Positions 16,317-24,033 of a stretch of DNA of 64,000 nucleotides are shown one piece after another; position 1 is the first letter of the stretch, and each line of letters begins with the position of its first letter. Origin of the DNA: Escherichia phage Delraymugoa; sequence record OR896825.1, one strand, 5' to 3'. Position numbers and translations under genes: made by a program. The notes under the pieces are model-generated. The model was not told where the DNA came from. It searched no databases and was given only the letters and a program-made list of their open reading frames with translations.

Positions 16317-16483
16317 TATCCGACAACCTCAAAACATTTATCATCAGGAAGAATCGCCCATTCTACACCGTATTCATCCTCAACGTAGTAGCAAATTCCA
16401 TCATGTCGAGCATCATATTCATCACCGACAACAAAGCTATCAGCTAGCTCAAAATCTACAGCAACACATTTTAATTTGGTCAT
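16316..16483 (-). CDS. small acidic protein (55 aa, start trimmed to MTKLKCV)
   Basis: RBS GAGGAT before ATG 16481-16483; track start lies in promoter -35. Confidence 0.45.
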   Translation of the reverse strand: MTKLKCVAVDFELADSFVVGDEYDARHDGICYYVEDEYGVEWAILPDDKCFEVVG

Positions 16484-16514
16484 AATAAAATCCTCACTTG
16501 TTTTTGATGGTTGT

Positions 16515-16543
16515 ATTATAGCGGGGATTTCTCCCCTCGTCAA
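16515..16543 (-). promoter_or_regulatory. early promoter TTGACG-N17-TATAAT with GCGGGGA..TCCCC hairpin; copy 1 of 42-bp direct repeat
   Basis: revcomp 16538-16543 TTGACG, revcomp 16515-16520 TATAAT. Confidence 0.6.
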
Positions 16544-16551
16544 CAGTTATT

Positions 16552-17391
16552 TTACAATCCATCGCAAGCATCAATATAAGCACTTACAAAACTTTCTATA
16601 AAAAGTGCTCCGACTTGAGGAACTATCGCATTGCCATAACCGCGCAATCGTCCCATTGTTGAGGATACCCCATCAGCCAACAAGGGAATCGTGGGTTCAA
16701 CAATTCGTTTTTTCCCGTCTCTGCATAGATACTCTGTTCCACTGTCCCAAAACCGTAATACATCTTCACTTGTTCTGATAAATTTCCCGGTGCTAGTGAT
16801 TTCCTCCCCGTTGCAAGTCTCGCTTCCATTCTCCGTTGCATTGCTTCCGGCGATCTTGCTGATATATTCGTTACAGTAGGTGTTTGCCAACTCGTTAATA
16901 GCCCCGAAGAAAAGTCTGTCCCGCTTGTGCGGCGCACCGACGATATCACATGATAATACCGCAGCCCCGACACTGTAACCTTCTCTTTCCAATTCCTCGT
17001 GAAGATCATCCAACCACCCCGTTTCGATAGCTTTTGCAACCTGTTCCCCAAAGAGCATTGGAGGTTTGCACGCTGACACGAGTTTAAGAAATGTCGGTGC
17101 AAGGTGTCTTTCGTCGAACTTTCCTTTTTGCTTTCCGGCTCTTGAAAATGGTTGACATGGTGGCGATCCAGTCCATAGTCTTGTTGTTTCTGGTACTCCA
17201 GCGAGTTGCAATGCTCTTGACCACCCCCCAATCCCCGCGAAGAAGTGACATTGTGTAAATCCTTCCAGATCTCTAGGGGTGACTTCTGTAATTGATCTTT
17301 CATCGACATACCCATAAGGAATTAATTTGTTTGCTATAAGTTCACGTAACCAATTAGCCGCGCCTTTATCCCACTCATTGTAATAATTCAT
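16552..17391 (-). CDS. C5-cytosine methyltransferase-like protein (compact, 279 aa)
   Basis: motif I FFAGIGG, motif IV GSPPCQPFSRAG, motif VI FGEQV, motif VIII KRDRLFF, motif X GYGNAIV. Confidence 0.65.
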   Translation of the reverse strand: MNYYNEWDKGAANWLRELIANKLIPYGYVDERSITEVTPRDLEGFTQCHFFAGIGGWSRALQLAGVPETTRLWTGSPPCQPFSRAGKQKGKFDERHLAPTFLKLVSACKPPMLFGEQVAKAIETGWLDDLHEELEREGYSVGAAVLSCDIVGAPHKRDRLFFGAINELANTYCNEYISKIAGSNATENGSETCNGEEITSTGKFIRTSEDVLRFWDSGTEYLCRDGKKRIVEPTIPLLADGVSSTMGRLRGYGNAIVPQVGALFIESFVSAYIDACDGL

Positions 17392-17409
17392 TCTTACAAT
17401 TCACCTCAC

Positions 17410-17438
17410 ATTATAGCGGGGATTTCTCCCCGCGTCAA
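17410..17438 (-). promoter_or_regulatory. early promoter TTGACG-N17-TATAAT; copy 2 of 42-bp direct repeat
   Basis: revcomp 17433-17438 TTGACG, revcomp 17410-17415 TATAAT. Confidence 0.6.
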
Positions 17439-17446
17439 CAGTTATT

Positions 17447-19690
17447 TTACAGCTTACAGGATGAACACTCGCTAGCGTCTTCCGTACCATCTGCACCGTC
17501 GCGAACGTTCGCATAATACAGGGTTTTCAGACCGTAATATTGAGCAAACAACATATCATCTAATACATCAGCAATATCGACTTTACCAGTCTTATAAGTG
17601 CTTGGATCGTAGGATGTGTTGGAACTAATCGCCTGATCTACAAACTTCTGCATGATCGCTGCCAGTGTCAGATAAGGCTTGTTACCTTTCTTGATCAGTG
17701 TCCAAAGCAGGTCAATAACATCAGCATTATTCTCTACGTTCGGAATAACCTGATTAAATTGCCCTTCTTTCGATCCTTTAACCGATACAATCCCGCGAGG
17801 CGGTTCAATACCGTTTGTGCTGTTAGATACCTGAGAAGATGACTCGCAAGGCATCAGCGCCGAAAGCGTACTGTTACGAATGCCATATTTTTTCAGGTCT
17901 TCGCGCAGTTCTTCCCAATCCATCTCATACACAGGATCAACCAGTTCATCTACTGTCTTTTTGTACCAGTCGATAGGAAGTTCACCGCGTCCATAACGTG
18001 TTTCATGCATCAGTTCGCAAGCACCCTTCTCTTTAGCCAGTTGCACACTAGCCTTAATCAGAGCATATTGCAAGCGTTCAAACGTTTTATGCGTAAACTC
18101 GTTAGCATCTTCATATGTGAAGAAATTATCTGCTAGATATGATGCAAAGTTAGTAACACCAACACCCAGAGAGCGACGTTTTTTGGCTGTCAGTGCTTGT
18201 TCTACAGGATAATCCTGATAATCTAACAGGTTGTCAAGTGCACGCACCATAACCATAGCAATGCGTTCTACTTCTTCCATATTTTCGATATCGAAATTAC
18301 CTAAAACATATGCTGCCAAAGTACATAGGCTAATTTCTGAATCATCACGACCCATCGGTTTTGTTGGCAGAGCAATTTCACAACACAGGTTAGATTGTTT
18401 AATCGGTGCTACATTACGAATAAACGCCCCGTGATTGTTCATGTTGTCTGTGAACGTTGGGTAGATTCGACCAGTGTTAAAACGTTCAATTGCCACCGCT
18501 AAAAACAGGTCTTCGGCTTTAACACGAGTTTTACGAACACTCGGATCTTTTTCCAGTTTTTCGTAAAGTTGGCGGAAACCTTCCTCATCTCGGAAGTATA
18601 GATCCCACAACAAGCCACCTGCAACATCTGGACTAAACAGAGTAATGTAATCCCGTTTAAGGAATCGCTCTACCATCAGGTTATTAATCTGTACGCCGTA
18701 GTCAAGATGGCGAATGCGGTTATCTTCCACGCCCTTATTGTTCTTTAACACAATCAGACTTTCAAACTCTAAATGCCACATTGGGTAATAGAGTGTCGCT
18801 GCCCCGCCACGAATACCGCCTTGTGAGCATGACTTAACGGCAGTCTGAAAATGTTTCCAGAATGGGATAACTCCAGTATGACGAACTTCACCATGCCCGA
18901 TCTTAGATCCTTCCGCGCGAATCATGCCAGCGTTGATACCGATACCAGCACGCTTGCTAATATACTTGATGATTGCATTTGCGGTTTCATTAATACCCTG
19001 CAATGAGTCATCACTTTCAATCACCACACACGAACTAAATTGGCGTGTTGGGGTACGCACACCTGCCATAATCGGAGTAGGCAGAGAGATTTGCTTATTC
19101 GCAACAGCATTATAAAAATCAATCACATGTTCAAGTCGATTTTCTGTCTCTTCTTGATGCAAGCACATACCGATCAACATATACGCAAATTGCGGTGTTT
19201 CGATGATTTTCTTAGTGCTGCGATCTTGAACAAGATATTTCTCTTTTAACTGCATCGCACCAGCATAGGTCATTTTAAAATCAAGTTTATGGTCGATGAA
19301 TTTCTCCAGATATTCCACTTCTTCACGGGAATACTTTTGCAGAATTTCGCGATCATATTTTCCGGTTGCAATATTACGCTCAATATGGCTGTAAAAATCA
19401 ATCGGTTGGAATTGACCGTATACTGATTTGCGAAGCGCGAACATTGCAAGGTTACTTGCTACATATTGATAATCGGGTGTTTCTACCGTGATGTTATCTG
19501 CGGCGACCTTAATCAATACTTTCTGGATATCATTGGTAGACATACCTTCTGTCAGAAGTGGTTCAACCATATCAAACAATTCATATGGATCAACGTTATG
19601 ACCTTCGGCTGCCGCTTCCAGAATTTTCATTACTTTTTCTTTTTCAAACGGAACAGTCAGACCGGAAGACTTAACAACATTTTTAATCAT
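17447..19690 (-). CDS. nrdA: ribonucleotide reductase large subunit
   Basis: 747 aa, catalytic motifs incl. NLCCEI and C-terminal CxxC tail. Confidence 0.95.
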   Translation of the reverse strand: MIKNVVKSSGLTVPFEKEKVMKILEAAAEGHNVDPYELFDMVEPLLTEGMSTNDIQKVLIKVAADNITVETPDYQYVASNLAMFALRKSVYGQFQPIDFYSHIERNIATGKYDREILQKYSREEVEYLEKFIDHKLDFKMTYAGAMQLKEKYLVQDRSTKKIIETPQFAYMLIGMCLHQEETENRLEHVIDFYNAVANKQISLPTPIMAGVRTPTRQFSSCVVIESDDSLQGINETANAIIKYISKRAGIGINAGMIRAEGSKIGHGEVRHTGVIPFWKHFQTAVKSCSQGGIRGGAATLYYPMWHLEFESLIVLKNNKGVEDNRIRHLDYGVQINNLMVERFLKRDYITLFSPDVAGGLLWDLYFRDEEGFRQLYEKLEKDPSVRKTRVKAEDLFLAVAIERFNTGRIYPTFTDNMNNHGAFIRNVAPIKQSNLCCEIALPTKPMGRDDSEISLCTLAAYVLGNFDIENMEEVERIAMVMVRALDNLLDYQDYPVEQALTAKKRRSLGVGVTNFASYLADNFFTYEDANEFTHKTFERLQYALIKASVQLAKEKGACELMHETRYGRGELPIDWYKKTVDELVDPVYEMDWEELREDLKKYGIRNSTLSALMPCESSSQVSNSTNGIEPPRGIVSVKGSKEGQFNQVIPNVENNADVIDLLWTLIKKGNKPYLTLAAIMQKFVDQAISSNTSYDPSTYKTGKVDIADVLDDMLFAQYYGLKTLYYANVRDGADGTEDASECSSCKL

Positions 19691-19737
19691 ATTACCTCAC
19701 TTTATATTTTAGCAGGAACAAGTTTATCCTCCATATT

Positions 19738-19753
19738 GGGGGCTTTCGCCCCC
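19738..19753. other. GC hairpin GGGGGC-tttc-GCCCCC between td and nrdA
   Basis: perfect 6-bp stem; T-run follows on plus strand only. Confidence 0.4.
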
Positions 19754-19758
19754 TTTGT

Positions 19759-20991
19759 TTATACTGCCATTTGAGCGGTGATTGCTGGATGGCTTTGATA
19801 GTTGTGAATTTTAAAGTCTTTCGGAGTCTTTGTCAATACCTCATCTAAAGATTTAAATTCCGGCAACTCAATCGTTGGTTTATCAAACGGAACACGGCTT
19901 AACTGTTCCATAACTTGATCAAAATGGTTTTTGTAAATGTGAGTATCTCCACCAGAGAAAATCAGTTCTCCTACCTCAAGATCACACATTTTCGCTATGA
20001 TGTGAGTTAACAGCGCATAGCTGGCGACGTTAAAGGGCAAGCCTAAAAAGCTGTCTACGCTTCGCTGAAACCACATACAAGACAGTTTACCTTCATTGAC
20101 GTAGAATTGCACGAAAGGATGACATACACCCAATACAGCATTATGTGTTCCTTGTACGTTCCATGAGTCAATAATGATCCGGCGATCCGTTGGATTGTTT
20201 TTAATTTGTTCAATCACGTTTTGTAACTGGTCTTCCCAAATCTTCGGGCGATAGACATATTCTTCATCGTCTTTAGTGCTCGATGTGTCTACGTCCATAC
20301 TAGCAAAGATCGTGGTATCTGGCGCTAAAATATCCCCGCCCAGATAATCACTATCAAGCAGATAACCGAAATAACCATCATCTACCCATTCCTGGAATCC
20401 CCACAAGCAATATGCATCATTAACAAAATTAGATTGAGTCTTCCAGTGGTCTGCTACTAAGAATTGATTATATTCAGAATCAAACTCTTCATAACGCATA
20501 CCACGCCAGATAGCACATAAACGGTCTTCTGTGTCGTTGGTTGGCGTAAAGTCTTCTACCCACGGGTGTTTAAATGTATGTGTATATTTGCTCTTAACGC
20601 GCTTAATTTTGATTTCACCATGTGGATGAATCGGTTTGCGTCGCCATGCCATACCATACATATTACCGACATTATAACCATTGAATCGCAAAGGATTCTT
20701 TTCTTTCATATCAAGACAGTTGCCGCGCCAAATATCAAAGGCTTCCTCGTCAAACTTGCCACGTGTAATTTCCTGTAAGCGACGACGGTCAAGTGATCCC
20801 TCCATAAACCATAGCAATTCGCCAATTACAGAGGCTGTAGCCATCTTTTTAGTGGTCAGTAAGGGGAAACCCTTGCTTAAGTCAATTCGCATTTCTGCAC
20901 CGAATTTAGAGAGCGTACCTACCCCCGTTCGGTCTTCACGAGGCCAACCATTATCAAGAACATCACGCAACAGTTTCAAATATTCTTTCAT
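19759..20991 (-). CDS. td: thymidylate synthase with ~120-aa internal insertion
   Basis: conserved CHPFVQFYV, LSCMWFQRSVD, FLGLPFN (Asn = dUMP specificity); 410 aa vs 264-286 typical. Confidence 0.9.
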   Translation of the reverse strand: MKEYLKLLRDVLDNGWPREDRTGVGTLSKFGAEMRIDLSKGFPLLTTKKMATASVIGELLWFMEGSLDRRRLQEITRGKFDEEAFDIWRGNCLDMKEKNPLRFNGYNVGNMYGMAWRRKPIHPHGEIKIKRVKSKYTHTFKHPWVEDFTPTNDTEDRLCAIWRGMRYEEFDSEYNQFLVADHWKTQSNFVNDAYCLWGFQEWVDDGYFGYLLDSDYLGGDILAPDTTIFASMDVDTSSTKDDEEYVYRPKIWEDQLQNVIEQIKNNPTDRRIIIDSWNVQGTHNAVLGVCHPFVQFYVNEGKLSCMWFQRSVDSFLGLPFNVASYALLTHIIAKMCDLEVGELIFSGGDTHIYKNHFDQVMEQLSRVPFDKPTIELPEFKSLDEVLTKTPKDFKIHNYQSHPAITAQMAV

Positions 20992-21232
20992 CCCACATCA
21001 CCTTTTTCTTATTGATTGCTTTCTTACGCAGTTTTGCTACTGTCTCGTCAATATCGATAAAGACAACTCCACGGTCGAATATAGTAGCAGGTCTTGAGAT
21101 ATCGCTATTTTCCTGTACTGGAAGCCATGATGCGCTCGCTTCATCATAGATATATTGTAAACCGTAATAATCTACGGCTACTGCGTAGTTTTCACTGGTA
21201 GCCGTCCATAATTGAATAATACCGACTTTCAT
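20963..21232 (-). CDS. hypothetical protein (89 aa from MKVGIIQ)
   Basis: ORF; start overlaps stop of upstream mini-ORF (TAATG). Confidence 0.4.
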   Translation of the reverse strand: MKVGIIQLWTATSENYAVAVDYYGLQYIYDEASASWLPVQENSDISRPATIFDRGVVFIDIDETVAKLRKKAINKKKVMWDERIFETVA

Positions 21233-21324
21233 TATTGTTCCCGTCCGCAATGTAAGCACCGACTACCAGCAAACATCAAAGATTCACCACAATGTTTGCA
21301 CTCATAATCTGTCAGAATTTTCAT
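21232..21324 (-). CDS. mini zinc-ribbon peptide (30 aa), not in ORF track
   Basis: hand translation MKILTDYECKHCGESLMFAGSRCLHCGREQ (CxxC-N10-CxxC); RBS AAGAAGG. Confidence 0.35.
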   Translation of the reverse strand: MKILTDYECKHCGESLMFAGSRCLHCGREQ

Positions 21325-21325
21325 G

Positions 21326-21895
21326 TTACGCCTTCTTACGTTCTAAAATTTGTTCGCTGATCAGGTAATTATCAAGGAAGTAATTATGTTCTTCTTTGGT
21401 TACAAAGTCAAAATATAATTCCTGAATCATTTCCTTAGAGATACCAACATCATATTCAAATGGATCGTTGATCCCTGAACGTTGAACATACGTTAACACA
21501 ATACGGTCCGCAAAGTCAACCGCTTTTTCAATCAGGGAAGGTCCGCCGATAACACTTACCAAACCTTGCGTTTTCTCTAGGACTTTTAACAGATCCTTTA
21601 ATTCAATTCCAGTATACACATTAGGCTGGTCGCCGTTTTTGGCTTTAGGTGTCGGCTTGCTGGCATCGGTACTAATAACCACATTAAGACGACCTTCCAG
21701 TGCTTTAGGCAGACTTTCAAAGGTATTACGTCCCATTACAACCGCAGCAAGTTCAACATCTCCCATAGTGCGCATTTTAAAGTTTTCCATGTCCTTTTTG
21801 ATTGGACGACCCCACGGTAAACCGCCTTTAAAACCAAAAGCCCAATTTTCATCTGACATTTTAGTGTCACCAATCGCAAATACACATTGAATCAT
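21326..21895 (-). CDS. frd: dihydrofolate reductase
   Basis: FGFKGGLPWGRP motif as T4 Frd; 189 aa; adjacent to td. Confidence 0.8.
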   Translation of the reverse strand: MIQCVFAIGDTKMSDENWAFGFKGGLPWGRPIKKDMENFKMRTMGDVELAAVVMGRNTFESLPKALEGRLNVVISTDASKPTPKAKNGDQPNVYTGIELKDLLKVLEKTQGLVSVIGGPSLIEKAVDFADRIVLTYVQRSGINDPFEYDVGISKEMIQELYFDFVTKEEHNYFLDNYLISEQILERKKA

Positions 21896-21910
21896 AATAT
21901 AAATCTCCCA

Positions 21911-22240
21911 TCAAATCAGTTTGAAATAGTTTTCGTTTACATTTTCTTCTGTGATTGCTGTCTTAAATTCTTGACCGTTATCCGGTGTGATGAAATAACG
22001 GTCAGAATAATCACGAAAACGTTTTAAGTGAGATACCCCAACATTAACACCATTTTCCCAAAAACGAAAGGTAATCATTTTTGGTTCATATCGATAGTCG
22101 CTGGTTAACACAGTACCATCCCCGCGACGGGCTTCATAAACCGTAATACATTCACGATTAGCGGCTTTAAGGCATTCTTCAATAGTGCCGCACGAGATAA
22201 TACTTACTTTTTCATCTACGATTTGTTCTACAGTCCACAT
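21911..22240 (-). CDS. hypothetical protein (109 aa, start trimmed to MWTVEQ)
   Basis: RBS GAGAGGA before ATG 22238-22240; track start lies in promoter -10. Confidence 0.45.
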   Translation of the reverse strand: MWTVEQIVDEKVSIISCGTIEECLKAANRECITVYEARRGDGTVLTSDYRYEPKMITFRFWENGVNVGVSHLKRFRDYSDRYFITPDNGQEFKTAITEENVNENYFKLI

Positions 22241-22271
22241 AATATAATCCTCTCTTTGTTTCGATATGTGC

Positions 22272-22299
22272 ATTATACACTATTGCGTTACGCTGTCAA
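22272..22299 (-). promoter_or_regulatory. early promoter TTGACA-N16-TATAAT
   Basis: revcomp 22294-22299 TTGACA; revcomp 22272-22277 TATAAT. Confidence 0.55.
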
Positions 22300-23916
22300 C
22301 TCTTTTTCAAAAGATTTTACGATATACATGATAGTGCTCAATTCAGACGGCGCTACTGTTTCTGTGTAGCCGTCCGGCATATCTTCTTTCGAGATATAGG
22401 AAGTTTTACCTTTCATTGCTTCCTTGATCTTGTTCTCTAATTCTAGGATCTTTTGACCGTCTTGTAAAGTCAATTCATAAAAGATCTCGTGGTCGAATTT
22501 GGAAAGGCGAGATTGACCTCCAATTCGTTCTTTTGTTGTTCTATTGGTTATTCCAAATTTAACGCCTACAAATATTTTTTCTTTTATTAGTTTTTGAATA
22601 TACAATACTCCTTTTTTTAAGGTATTATATCCATATTGTGCGCATTTAGGACAACGAGTTCCTTTCTGAAAGTTTGTTATTGTCGGTGTAAATTCATGGC
22701 CTTCACTACACACCAAATTTAACTTTGTAGACACACCGTTCCATTCTCCAATAAATCCATTAAATACGATATTTTCTTTTTCGAAAATTGGTTTAAGTCT
22801 TTCAAGATATTCTTCTTTTGATAATGCATAATTATTTGCACATTTAGGACAACGAGTTCCATTCTGAAAACTGGATATGATAGGAGTGAAATTGTGGCCT
22901 TCACAACACACCAAATCCAATTTTGTTACGTTACCTTTCCACTCACCAACGATTCCATTACAGGTTATATTTTCTTTAATAAATATCGGTGCTAATTTTT
23001 CGAAATATTCTTCCTTTGGAATCAATTTACGTTCTCTTAATTTAAGAGCTTTACATTTCGGACAGCGGCGACCTTGTTGAAAAACTGCTATGCTCGGGGT
23101 GTAATTGTGTTTTTCATTACACACTAAATTCAGCCTAGTTCTGCTACCTTTCCACTCACCAACGATTCCATTACAGGTTATATTTTCTTCAACGAAGATT
23201 GGTTTTAATCTTTTAAAATATTCTTCTTTTGATATTTTTCTACTGTTTCTCCAGTTGATAATACCGCAGGTCGAACACCTATTACCGGATTGAAAACCGT
23301 TTACAGTCGGTGTAAATTCATGGCCTTCACTACACAATAAATTCATTTTTGTTGTGCTTCCGTTCCATTCTCCAATAAATCCATTAAATACGATATTTTC
23401 TTTTTCGAAAATTGGTTTAAGTCTTTCAAGATATTCTTCTTTTGATAGTAATTTCAATTCTCTTAATTTAAGAGTTTTACATTTAGGACAACGACTTCCG
23501 ACCTGAAATGCTGTTATCGTCGGAGTAAATTCATGATCCTCACAACATGTTAAGTTTAGTTTTGTGTGCACGCCTTTCCATTCTCCGACGAATCCATTAA
23601 ACTTTATATTTTCCTCAATAAAGATTGGTTTAAGTTTTTCATAATATTCTTCTTTTGATAGGGCATAATTATTTGCGCATCTAGAGCATCGTTTACCTTT
23701 TTGAAAATCTGATATTCTTGGTGTAAATTCATGTCCTTCACAACAAACCAAACCCAATTTTGTTACGTTACCTTTCCACTCACCAACAAATCCATTAAAT
23801 ACGATATTTTCTTTTTCGAAAATTGGTTTAAGTCTTTCGTAATATTCCAATGGGCTAATCGAGTTATAATTTTTCTTAACCCATTCAATCTCATGCGCCT
23901 TACGTACCAACATCAT
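22288..23916 (-). CDS. tandem Cys/His (zinc-ribbon-like) repeat protein with possible GIY-YIG/T5orf172-like C-terminal domain (542 aa)
   Basis: six ~67-aa repeats KEEY.E.LKPIF.EENI.FNGFVGEWKG..TKL.L.C.EGHEFTP.I..FQ.G.RCPKC; C-terminus GVLYIQKL...FVGVKFGITNRTTKER; RBS GGAGGA before ATG 23914-23916. Confidence 0.6.
   Translation of the reverse strand: MMLVRKAHEIEWVKKNYNSISPLEYYERLKPIFEKENIVFNGFVGEWKGNVTKLGLVCCEGHEFTPRISDFQKGKRCSRCANNYALSKEEYYEKLKPIFIEENIKFNGFVGEWKGVHTKLNLTCCEDHEFTPTITAFQVGSRCPKCKTLKLRELKLLSKEEYLERLKPIFEKENIVFNGFIGEWNGSTTKMNLLCSEGHEFTPTVNGFQSGNRCSTCGIINWRNSRKISKEEYFKRLKPIFVEENITCNGIVGEWKGSRTRLNLVCNEKHNYTPSIAVFQQGRRCPKCKALKLRERKLIPKEEYFEKLAPIFIKENITCNGIVGEWKGNVTKLDLVCCEGHNFTPIISSFQNGTRCPKCANNYALSKEEYLERLKPIFEKENIVFNGFIGEWNGVSTKLNLVCSEGHEFTPTITNFQKGTRCPKCAQYGYNTLKKGVLYIQKLIKEKIFVGVKFGITNRTTKERIGGQSRLSKFDHEIFYELTLQDGQKILELENKIKEAMKGKTSYISKEDMPDGYTETVAPSELSTIMYIVKSFEKELTA
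22629..23862. repeat. six tandem ~200-bp coding repeats within 22288..23916
   Basis: near-identical DNA repeats (antisense track ORFs 22877..23080 and 23105..23293 share LPFHSPTIPLQVIFS). Confidence 0.7.
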
Positions 23917-23943
23917 TTTATCCTCCGTTGTTTCGATGTGTGC

Positions 23944-23971
23944 ATTATACATTACCACATAAGCATGTCAA
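23944..23971 (-). promoter_or_regulatory. early promoter TTGACA-N16-TATAAT driving the repeat-protein gene
   Basis: revcomp 23966-23971 TTGACA; revcomp 23944-23949 TATAAT. Confidence 0.55.
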
Positions 23972-23995
23972 CACCTTTTTCATAAAATTTTATGC

Positions 23996-24022
23996 AATAA
24001 AAAAGCCTCCCCGAAGGGAGGC
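23996..24022 (-). terminator. rho-independent terminator after gene 32
   Basis: hairpin GCCTCCC-cgaa-GGGAGGC then UUUUUUAUU on minus. Confidence 0.7.
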
Positions 24023-24033
24023 TGTAAAATTCA

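Noticed and set aside
16623-17315. 230-aa ORF nested inside the methyltransferase-like gene in another frame
   Set aside because: The co-located frame 16552..17391 carries an ordered set of C5-MTase motifs; the nested frame has no motifs and is Ser/Gly/Arg-rich as expected for an off-frame read.
19759-20991. Insertion in td considered as an intein or in-frame group I intron
   Set aside because: No intein junction residues (N-terminal C/S/T, C-terminal HN plus nucleophile), and a stop-free 360-nt frame in AT-rich sequence is unlikely for an intron; treated as a protein insertion pending transcript data.
17447-21895. Looked for group I introns or intron-encoded endonucleases in nrdB, nrdA and td as in T4
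   Set aside because: All three genes are continuous ORFs with uninterrupted conserved motifs; no intron-sized gap.
22629-23862. Tandem DNA repeats considered as a possible CRISPR array or satellite
   Set aside because: Repeat unit is ~200 bp without unique spacers and is entirely within one continuous ORF that encodes a repeated protein module.
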